Translations under genes and position numbers: made by a program
From: Candidatus Latescibacterota bacterium
GTDB taxonomy: Bacteria; Latescibacterota; UBA2968; UBA8231
Length of the DNA stretch: 64,000 nt
NCBI GenBank assembly: GCA_965221775.1
Contig: CBDCSU010000006.1
Coordinates: 1,888,001 to 1,952,000 of the forward strand
Direction of reading: 5' to 3'
Notes under the pieces: generated by a model
Seen by the model: the letters and a program-made list of their open reading frames with translations, nothing else
Told to the model about the DNA's origin: nothing
Database searches by the model: none
Part shown: positions 55,790 through 64,000 of the stretch, piece by piece
Layout: each line of letters opens with the position of its first letter
How positions within the stretch are numbered: position 1 is the first letter of the stretch

Positions 55790-56647
55790 TCATGGGGCGC
55801 GTTCCGCCGCCGCGGTCCGCTCGGCCGCCTTCAGACTGGCTTGCACCCGGTCGATGGGCAGGTCCTGGCGCCGTCGGTGGAGAAACATGCTGACATGGCT
55901 GTATCCGGCCCCTTGGAGCAGGCCGAGGGCGTCGATGTGACCGTCGCCGACCCGGTGGGGGTCGTGGGCGTCCGCGCCGATGACCACCGGAATGCGGCGC
56001 CCCGCCATCTCCGCCAACATGGCCGGTCCCGGGTGCATCTCGGCATAAGCCTTGTTGCGGCCCGAGGTGTTCAGCTCCATGGCCACACCGGTGGCGGCGA
56101 TGCGGTCGAGACAGGGGAGGATATGGTCCATGGCCTGCTCCGGGCGCCAGTGCGACGGGGCGAAATTCTTGACCAGGTCGGGATGGGCGATGGTGTCGAA
56201 CAGGCCGGTCTCGGCGGCCCGGGCCAGATGCTCGAAATAGGTGCCGATATAGGCGTCCACATCCCCCTCGTAGAAGCGGTGGAGGTATTGAGGAAGGTGG
56301 GGATGGACCGAACCGAGCACGTGGTGGAATGCGGCCATGCCGTGCAGCTTCTCCAGCCAGGGCTCCATGCCGGGCACGTAATCGCTCTCCATACCAAGGC
56401 GGACATCGACCTGGCCGGCCCAGGCTTTGCGGGCGCGCTCGACCATGGCCACGTAGTCGTCCAGTTCGTCCACGCCCATCCGCGTCTCCGGCGACCAGCC
56501 GTCGTCCGTGGGGTTGTGGTCGGTGACCACGATCCCCTTCAGACCCCGATGCAGGGCCACTTCGGCATACTCTTCCGGTTCGCCGCGTGCGTGTTTGCAG
56601 AGCGGGGTGTGCATGTGCATTTCGTACAGCATCGGCTCAAGTGCCAT
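55790..56647 (-). CDS. Histidinol-phosphatase, HisJ family (PHP domain)
   Basis: HMHTPLCKHA.G, TDHNP, GMESD, GSVH, AHPDL, ELNTSG, GADAH. Confidence 0.85.
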   Translation of the reverse strand: MALEPMLYEMHMHTPLCKHARGEPEEYAEVALHRGLKGIVVTDHNPTDDGWSPETRMGVDELDDYVAMVERARKAWAGQVDVRLGMESDYVPGMEPWLEKLHGMAAFHHVLGSVHPHLPQYLHRFYEGDVDAYIGTYFEHLARAAETGLFDTIAHPDLVKNFAPSHWRPEQAMDHILPCLDRIAATGVAMELNTSGRNKAYAEMHPGPAMLAEMAGRRIPVVIGADAHDPHRVGDGHIDALGLLQGAGYSHVSMFLHRRRQDLPIDRVQASLKAAERTAAAERAP

Positions 56648-59600
56648 GATCGCGATCGTGTCCCTGGGTATCGAGCAGGCCCCCGTGATCGATGCTGTCG
56701 CGAACGGCTGCCAGCGCCGCCGCCAGATCCGCCGGCGGCGGGAGGTGCACATCACCGGTTCGCAGGAACATCAGCCCCGGGACCGGGGATCCGCCGACGG
56801 CCCGCTCCAGGGCGGAGGCGTAGAGGGCGAGCTGAGGCAGATAGGCCTGGGAGGCGTCGGCCAGCGACCGGCCGCGCAGATCGTCGGTCTTGAAGTCGAG
56901 GACATGCCAGGTGCCGCCGGTCTCATAGGCCACGTCGATGGTGCCGTGCACCGGCACGCCATCCCAGTCCCAGGAAAAGGGCAGCTCGAAGTAGGCGCGA
57001 GTGCCCCCGTCGCGCAGGGTGACCGCCAGCGGGCTGCGGTCGAAGATGTCCAGCATACCGTCGACGTCTGCGACAACCCGGCGCACGGCCTGCTCGCCCA
57101 GACCACTATCCACCCTGTGGATCAGCTCGTCCAGGCGGGGCCGCTGTCCGGTCCTGAACCACTCCTCGATGGCATCGTGGGCAAGGCTGCCGCGGACAAG
57201 GCCGAGCCCGTCGCCGTGGTGGAAGTCGCCGCGGGAAGGCTCCTCCAGTCTCAGTGATGTCACGGGTGTGCTGGAGCGCAGGGGGATCACCGGCGGACGG
57301 GCCACCAGCGGGGCCACGAAGTCCTCTTCCTCGTCCTCCGGGGGGATCAGCACCGACTGAGGTGCCGCCCTGCCAGCGATGGCATCGAGGTCCACGGCAA
57401 TGGGTGGGCGGATCTCCACTCCTCCCGCTTCCGCGCCGAGGGCACTGTGGGCGGCTGCGAGCCATCCATCAGACCGTGGAGGATCATCGCCGCTGATGTA
57501 CAGCGCGTCGGCCGCCCTGGTGGCTGCGACGTAGAACAGACGTTTGTGCTCGGCCGCCTCTTCCGCCTCGTCTCGACTCAGCAGATAGGAGTAGAACCCC
57601 GGGCGTCTGCGGCTCGTCTCGTCCGACCCGATCTCCTTCTCGAGGGTCAGCGAGATCCCTTCCTCGGTGCGCCACCGGACCGCCTCGTAGGTCACACGCG
57701 ATGGCAGGTGCGCCTCCGGCACGAAGACGATGGGGAACTGCAGGCCCTTGGCTCCGTGGACGGTCAGCAGCCGCACGGCCTCCGACTGGTCGAGGACGGC
57801 CTGGCCTTCCCGGGCCTGCAGCTCGTCCCGCCGGCGCCGGACGTAGGCCACGAACTCGTCGAGGGAGGTGCCGGCCAGCTGGCGGGCGAGGTCCACGAAC
57901 TTGCGGATGTTGGCCAGGGCCTGATCGCCTCCCTGCAAAGGCGCCCACGCGGCCTCGAATCCCGTGAGGGCCAGGGCTCTCTCGAGAAGTGCGTCGGTCG
58001 GCAGGAATGCGACACCGTCTCGCAGTTCCTGGAGCACCTCGGCGGAACGCCTGCAGAACCGGCGGGCCTCCGCGGGCAGGGACTCGGGCGGGTCCCCGAG
58101 CGCCCTCAGGAGATTCCGGCCATGGGACCGAAGGGCCAGGAGGGACTGGTCGTCGATGGTGAACAGCGGCGACCGGAGGGCGCCCGCCAGGGCGATGGTG
58201 TCATCCGGCTCGGCCAGCCAGCCGAGGAGGTTGGTGAGATCGAGGACCTCCTGCCTGGTGAAGAACCCGGCGCCGGCGACCGTGCGGCAGGGGACTCCGC
58301 GACTCTCCAGCGCCTGCTCGAAGAGGTGGACGTTCGTCAGGCGGCGGAGCAGGACGGCCACGTCGGAGGCCCGTGCGGGGCGCAGCTCGCCCTCGTCCCT
58401 GTCCCACACGTCGACGGGACGGCCCAGAAGGGAGGCCACTTCCGCGGCCACGGCATCCGCCTCGACCTTTCTGCGCTCCTCGTCGACGGTCTTCCCGCCC
58501 TCGGGTGTTTGATTGGAGACCGGCAGCAGCACCAGGTACGGCGACTCGGGCGCCTCCGTGCCTCGTCCGGTCATCGCCTGCATGGGCGCCTCGAACTCCT
58601 CCCGCGCGTCCGCGAAGACGTGCTCGAAGAGGGCGTTGAGCGACCCCACGAGCGGGTCGTGGGCGCGGAAGGACTGGCTCAGGGAGTGGATGGCGCCCGA
58701 GGCGGAGATCCGTGTGTGGAGGCGTGTGAAGTTGCGGACATCGCTTCCGCGGAAGCGGTAGATCGCCTGCTTCACGTCGCCGACGAAGAACCGCTCGGGT
58801 CCCTTCAGGAGGTCGAGGAACTTGATCTGGGTCGGGTTGGTGTCCTGAAGCTCGTCCACCATCAGGTGCCGCAGGCGCGACCCGTAGGCAGCGGCGATCT
58901 CCGGATGCTCGCTGAGCAGCTCCGTGGCCCTGATCTCGAGGTCGAGATAGTCGAGGGCGACCAGCTCCTGCTTGCGGCTCGAGTACCGGGTGCAGGCGTC
59001 CCTGAAGAGGCTGCGCAGGGATGCGAGGGCCTCGAGGGCGGTCTGGTCATAGTCGTTCCACCGAGGGAGGGCCTTGAACCCCTTGGCCATGTCCCGGATC
59101 GAGCCCATGGCCTCCTTGACCTCCTTGATGTCCGCCGTCCAGTTCCGCGCACTACCGCCTCTCAGGTTGACTCTGGCCCCTGCCTTCTCGACGCGGGCCA
59201 GCAGGTCAGACGCGTCCCCTGCATCGGGGTCGCCCAATGCCGCCAGACAGTCGCGCAGGCGCGAGGACAGGGCATCGTCTCCGGAGCCTTCAAGGGCGGC
59301 TCTCAGCCACGCCGCCAGCTCCGCCAGCTCCGGCCGCGCCTCTTCCACCGCCGCCCTCAGCTCTTCGTCCAGCAGCTTCCGGACATGCTTGGCCCAGTCC
59401 TCCACGGTCTCTCCCGGAAGCGCCCGGTAGGCGGCCTCGACCTCGTCGCGCCGCGCAACCATCAGGGGAAGCTGGAGGGTGGCCGCGTACAGACCCAGCT
59501 CCCGCAGCGCCAGGGCCCTCTGATCGTCGGCGTCGGCGGCTGCTTCCAGCGCATCGATGCAGGCCCGGGTCAGCTCGAACTCGGCCTCGTCGTCGGCGAG

Positions 59601-59939
59601 GACCCTCGTGGCCGGATCGATGGCCGCTTCCACGGGGTGATCCCGCAGAATCCGGAGGCAGAGGGAGTGGATGGTGCCGATGATGGCCTCATCGATCTCC
59701 GCCCGGTGATGGCGCAGCTCCTCCCTCGTCAGCACCTCCCTGCGCACGCGCTCGCGCATCTCGGTGGCGGCGGCGTCGGTGAAGGTGACCGCCGCCATCT
59801 CGGAGATGCGGTGATCCGCGAGCAGGGAGACGTAACGATCGACGAGGACACGGGTCTTGCCGCTGCCGGCGCCGGCGGTGACCAGGACGTCACGACCGCG
59901 CTCGGCCAGGATCCCTGCCTGCTCCGATGTCATTCCCAT
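56637..59939 (-). CDS. addA: ATP-dependent helicase/nuclease subunit A (UvrD + RecB nuclease)
   Basis: AGAGSGKT, TFTDAAA.EM, VDELQDT, VGDVKQAIYRFR, TVHGAKGLQF, YVAATRA, GTID..DFKT..QL.LY. Confidence 0.9.
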   Translation of the reverse strand: MGMTSEQAGILAERGRDVLVTAGAGSGKTRVLVDRYVSLLADHRISEMAAVTFTDAAATEMRERVRREVLTREELRHHRAEIDEAIIGTIHSLCLRILRDHPVEAAIDPATRVLADDEAEFELTRACIDALEAAADADDQRALALRELGLYAATLQLPLMVARRDEVEAAYRALPGETVEDWAKHVRKLLDEELRAAVEEARPELAELAAWLRAALEGSGDDALSSRLRDCLAALGDPDAGDASDLLARVEKAGARVNLRGGSARNWTADIKEVKEAMGSIRDMAKGFKALPRWNDYDQTALEALASLRSLFRDACTRYSSRKQELVALDYLDLEIRATELLSEHPEIAAAYGSRLRHLMVDELQDTNPTQIKFLDLLKGPERFFVGDVKQAIYRFRGSDVRNFTRLHTRISASGAIHSLSQSFRAHDPLVGSLNALFEHVFADAREEFEAPMQAMTGRGTEAPESPYLVLLPVSNQTPEGGKTVDEERRKVEADAVAAEVASLLGRPVDVWDRDEGELRPARASDVAVLLRRLTNVHLFEQALESRGVPCRTVAGAGFFTRQEVLDLTNLLGWLAEPDDTIALAGALRSPLFTIDDQSLLALRSHGRNLLRALGDPPESLPAEARRFCRRSAEVLQELRDGVAFLPTDALLERALALTGFEAAWAPLQGGDQALANIRKFVDLARQLAGTSLDEFVAYVRRRRDELQAREGQAVLDQSEAVRLLTVHGAKGLQFPIVFVPEAHLPSRVTYEAVRWRTEEGISLTLEKEIGSDETSRRRPGFYSYLLSRDEAEEAAEHKRLFYVAATRAADALYISGDDPPRSDGWLAAAHSALGAEAGGVEIRPPIAVDLDAIAGRAAPQSVLIPPEDEEEDFVAPLVARPPVIPLRSSTPVTSLRLEEPSRGDFHHGDGLGLVRGSLAHDAIEEWFRTGQRPRLDELIHRVDSGLGEQAVRRVVADVDGMLDIFDRSPLAVTLRDGGTRAYFELPFSWDWDGVPVHGTIDVAYETGGTWHVLDFKTDDLRGRSLADASQAYLPQLALYASALERAVGGSPVPGLMFLRTGDVHLPPPADLAAALAAVRDSIDHGGLLDTQGHDRDHGT

Positions 59940-62847
59940 TTCGATCGACTGAACCCGTTGACCCGGCAGACGTTGCGGAAGGAGCACCAAGTCGGACAGG
60001 GCACCTTGGGGTTGACTCGGAAATCGCCCGAGTCGACGGCCTCGCGGACTTCGCGGGCGACCTCCACCACCTCGTCCAACAGCAGGGCATCCTCGGGCCG
60101 CGAGGAGTCGAGATCCCACTCCGTGGCCTGGGGATCGAGCCAGGCGTAGCGGGCGATGATCCTCCCGGCCTTGGTCTCATGGCGTCCGGCATATCCGTAC
60201 AGCTGGAGCTGCACGCGACGTCTCTCCTCCAGGTGGGCCCTGGAGATCCCTCTCCCGGACTTGTAGTCGACGATGATCACCGCGTCCTCGCTCTGGTCGA
60301 CGCGATCGATCCTGGCCGTCACGAGCAGGGGCGGGTCCAGCGGGAGCGAGGCCTCGATCTCCTGCTCGGCGCCGAGGGTGCGTGTCACGCCGGACTGCTC
60401 GCTCCACTCGGCCTCCCGCCGCAGGAGCAGCTTCATCTTCTGAAAGGCGCCCTCCGCATCCAGCCGCCAGAGGGCGGACCGGCCGAAGCCCATCCTCGCC
60501 GGTGCGCTGTTCCACAGGCCGGGGCCGTTGGCATCGAGACGCGCCAGGACCTCGGGAAGGGTGTCGGGCACCAGCGCGCGCCCCTGCTCGACAAGGGGAG
60601 AGATGGCGTCCTGCAGGATCTCGTGAACGACGGTTCCCCGGATGGCGGCGTCAGCGGTCTCCAGCTCCTCCTCGATCTCGCGCAGACGGAGGGCGTACTG
60701 ACCGAAGAACTGGAAGGCGCAGGTCTCGTAGGACTCGATCCGGCTGGCGCTCCAGGTCCTGTCGGCGTCCGTCAGCCAGGGCACCAGTCCAGCGGTCAGG
60801 CGGCCCTCGTACTTGCCGGCATTCGCGAAGGAACGTCGCCGCCCTTCGACTGCGACCGCGGAGCGCACCATGGACCAGGCGGGTTCTCCACGGGGCCGGA
60901 GCCGGCCATCGCTCGACCATTGCCAGGTGCAGGCGATGGCCAGCTCGCGCGCGGAACTGGCTCCTTCGGGCCTTGGCATTTCCGCCTCGATGCGCGAGCC
61001 GGGCTGGAGACTGTCGTAGTAGTACGAAGCCGACACCGGTCGCCCGCGTTCGTTGAGCCGGGTCCTCCACAGGGACAGCACGCGGTCGGCGCGAGTCGAA
61101 GCGGACGCCCACAGTTCATCCTCCGAGAGCCGGGCCAGCGGCGGGACTTCGAGCCCGCATCGCCTCAGCACCTCGATGGCGTCCCTGTCGAGAAGCGAGT
61201 GGTGGCTTCTCGGGGCGGGGAACTCTCCCTCCACCAGGCCCCCCAGGGCGACGAAGTCGAAGCGCAGGCCGTGGAGGGTGTGCATCGGCGCGAGGAGGAC
61301 GCCGCCGGGCTCGCGCAGCAACACCGTGGGAGCGTCGAACGTTGCTTCGAGCCGGGCCAGGAACGACTCGAAGGACTCCGGCCCGCCCCCCAGTACCTCG
61401 TGCGTATGGATCAGCTCGCGAAGCTGGCCTCGCAGTGCGTCCAGCTCCACGTCGACGCCGGGCTCCGTCCTGGAGCGGGGATCCACCAGGGCCCTGGCGC
61501 CGAAGAGCGCTTCGTCGAGATGGCGCGCGTGCTCGGCCATCGTCCCGGGCGGCCGCTCCAGCAGCGCCTGCAGGTCCTCCAGGGCGGCCGACATACCCGA
61601 TGCAGCCCCCCGCAGCCACTCGCGGATCTGGTCGCTTTTCTTCGGATCGTCCGCGTCAGTGCGCAGACCGTCCACGGCGCGCCCGAGAGCGTCGAGTCCC
61701 GCCCAGAGGTTGTTCTCGCGCGCCGCCGGGCAAAGGCGGACACGCCTGAGCGGGAGAGCTGCCAGCGGCGCAGATCGACGAACCCGCTCGACAGCACGGC
61801 GACGACGTCGCGCAGGTGCCAGCCGTCGCGGGCCAGGTGCATCAGGCGGCGCAGCCAGGCCCCGAGGGGGCGGGCGCTCAGCGGCTCTCCGGCGGCCGGG
61901 TCGAGAGGCAGGTCATACTCGGAGAACACCTGCCGGGCCATGCCCAGATGCGGAGGGACCTGCCGGAAGGCGATGGCGAAGTCGGAGGGGCGAAGCGCCG
62001 GCTCATCGGTCAGGCGCTGCTTGATCTGGCGGGCGATCGCACGCAACTGGGCTTCCCTGTCGGCGGCGGCGCCTGCCACCGGGTCCGCGGGGGGTGCATC
62101 GCGGTCGAGCTCCGTGACCTCCGCATTCGGGAATCGATCGCGCAGCCGCCGGTAGTCGTGCCCGGCCCGGTCTCCCGCCCCCGGGTCCAGGGTGACGACG
62201 ACATCGGCCTTCCCGGCGAGGGCCTCCAGCAGGACCATCTCCGTCCCGCGGAAGAGATGGAAGCCATCGAGCAGGATCGCGCCGGGCAGGGCTGCGCCTG
62301 CCCTGACGACATCGGCGGCGGCCGCGCCGATCTGCAGCGGATGCGTCCAGTTCTCCTGTGTGAGCCTGGAGGTGTACCGCTCGTAGATGGCAGCCAGTGC
62401 CTCCAGGCTCCGCGACTCCGATCTCCTGGCGGCCTGCGACAGGGCTTCGGGATCCACGCCTTCGGCCAGCAGATCCCCGACGGCGCCGGCAAGGAGGCTC
62501 CGCAGGCCCCGGGTCCCCGCCACAGGCTTGAAGTAGGCGGCCGGACCCCTCTCGACCTCGGCGCGCAGGGTCCGCTGCAGCAGCTCCTCCGCCAGCCCGT
62601 GGGAGGGCACCCTCGTATCGGAGGCCAGGGTCCGGCTGAACTGGCCGATCGTCTCGACCCGCAGGCCGAGAGCCACCCCGCACCGGCCGACCAGGCGGCG
62701 GCGGAACTGGTCTCCGTGGCGCACCGTCGGGACCAGCACGATCGCTTCGGAGAACGGGTCGGCCTCGTAACGGGCGGCCAGCCTCGAGATGACCTCGTCC
62801 GTCTTGCCGCTGCCGGGACCGCCGACGAGGAGGGTTGGTTCAGCCAT
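59930..62847 (-). pseudogene. addB: Helicase/nuclease subunit B with frameshift near 61723 (real or assembly error)
   Basis: N-part GGPGSGKT, LLDGF; C-part WSASRIESYETCAF, RIDR, DYKSG, QL.LY, CPTWCSFRNVC; frames join at FARR|RENNLWAGL with one added base. Confidence 0.8.
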
Positions 62848-62988
62848 GCAATCCGGCGGCTGTGTTCAGCCGTGCTGCAAAGGGTTGAGGGGGTCAAGGA
62901 GTATACGGAACGAGGCCCTTTGGGGGGGTGCGGCCCCGGGTGGAGTGAATCCCCCCGGCCCCCTATTATTGACCAGCGCAGGTCGCGC

Positions 62989-63027
62989 AGCCCTTCTCAT
63001 CCACCCGGTGAGCGGGGCTTTTTCTCT
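62989..63027 (+). terminator. Terminator-like hairpin 15 nt upstream of the Gfo/Idh/MocA gene
   Basis: AGCCC-TTCTCA-loop-TGAGCG-GGGCT followed by TTTTCTCT. Confidence 0.45.
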
Positions 63028-63042
63028 ATTCCCGGACCGAGC

Positions 63043-64000
63043 ATGAGCGAGTCCCGCATCCACCTGGCCATCGTCGGCTGCGGCGGCATGGGCCACCGGC
63101 ACCTCTACGGGCTCGCCGAGCTCGCCCGCGCCGGTCTGTCGCCCTTCGAGCTGGTGGGCGCCTGCGACCCGGAGGAGGAGAACGCCGCCTCCCTGGCCGA
63201 CCAGGCCGGGAAGCTGCTCGGCCGGCGCCCGGAGGTGGCGGGATCGCTGGAATCGCTGGCCGCCGCCGCGGAGGTGCACGCCATCGACCTGACGACGACC
63301 CCGCGGGCCCACCACTCCGTGGCCGTGGAGGCCCTCGGCCGCGGCTGGCACGTCATGTGCGAGAAGCCCCTGGGGCTGACGGCGCGCGCCTGCCGGCTCA
63401 TGGTCGAGGCCGCGGAGGCGTCGGGGCGGGTCCTGTCCACGGCCGAGAACTACCGCCGCGACCCGATGAACCGCCTCGGCAAGGCGCTCCTCGACGCCGG
63501 CGTCATCGGCGAGCCCCGGCTGATGTTGCAGCACTCCCTCGGCGGCGGCGACGGCATGCTGATCTCTGTCTGGCGTCACCGCAAGGACTCGAGCGGGGTG
63601 CTGCTGGACGTGGGTGTCCACTTTGCCGACATCCTCGAGTACTACCTCGGTCCGGCGGCCACGGTCTATGCCCAGACGCGGCTCCACGAGCCCGTGCGCA
63701 AGAACCCGGCCGCCGGCCGGGAGGCCGTCGACGGCGGACCCGCCGGCGTGTACGGCCGCTGGCAGAGAAAGATGCCCGCCGAGTTCGAGGCCACCGCCGA
63801 TGACGCCGCCTATGCCACGATCCTCTTCCAGTCGGGGGCCGTGGCCTCCTACATCGAGGACCACGCCGGCCGCGGCGAGGATCTGCGGAAGCGGGCGATC
63901 TACGGCTCCCTCGGCTCCCTGGACCTGCCGGGCGACCGCAGCGGCCGCCCCCTCACCCTGCACCTGCCCGGGCAGGATCCGGTGACCGGCGCCCCGCTGC
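63043..64000 (+). CDS. Gfo/Idh/MocA family oxidoreductase, runs off the window end
   Basis: MSESRIHLAIVGCGGMG, HVMCEKPL, AENYRRDP, DVGVH. Confidence 0.9.
   Translation, partial: MSESRIHLAIVGCGGMGHRHLYGLAELARAGLSPFELVGACDPEEENAASLADQAGKLLGRRPEVAGSLESLAAAAEVHAIDLTTTPRAHHSVAVEALGRGWHVMCEKPLGLTARACRLMVEAAEASGRVLSTAENYRRDPMNRLGKALLDAGVIGEPRLMLQHSLGGGDGMLISVWRHRKDSSGVLLDVGVHFADILEYYLGPAATVYAQTRLHEPVRKNPAAGREAVDGGPAGVYGRWQRKMPAEFEATADDAAYATILFQSGAVASYIEDHAGRGEDLRKRAIYGSLGSLDLPGDRSGRPLTLHLPGQDPVTGAPL

Overview
High-GC bacterial chromosomal window. The gene repertoire (FlgD/'NPFN' C-terminal sorting-domain proteins, a PorV-like barrel, several PhyH dioxygenases, DUF3604, Gfo/Idh/MocA) suggests Ca. 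Latescibacterota or a related FCB lineage; this is inference. About 1-37.2 kb and 53.8-64 kb are housekeeping and catabolic genes: sigma-54 activator, PTS-IIA, a sigma-70-family factor, aroG, tRNA-Met, addAB, a hisJ-like PHP, a MetE-II family enzyme. The accessory block at ~37.3-53.8 kb has two parts. The first is a cluster of toxin-antitoxin genes in which most toxins are deleted. The second is a lower-GC six-gene defence operon: a 684-aa ORF, a 339-aa ORF cleanly interrupted by an IS630 at a TA, a 1895-aa DUF1998 helicase (DruE-like), an Fe-S PD-(D/E)XK nuclease, a C5 DNA methyltransferase and Vsr. This looks like a Druantia-like system extended with a nuclease, methylase and Vsr. Other notable signals: a RAPP-ending, His/Cys-bearing leader ORF with a nested hairpin in front of a His-rich lipoprotein and a collapsed TonB-dependent receptor remnant; sigma-54 promoters before the PTS-IIA/sigma-70 pair and before a secreted LTD-cohesin-dockerin protein; and two single-base frameshifts (addB and a secreted BNR-like protein) that may be assembly errors. 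All family assignments come from motif recognition by eye, with no database search.
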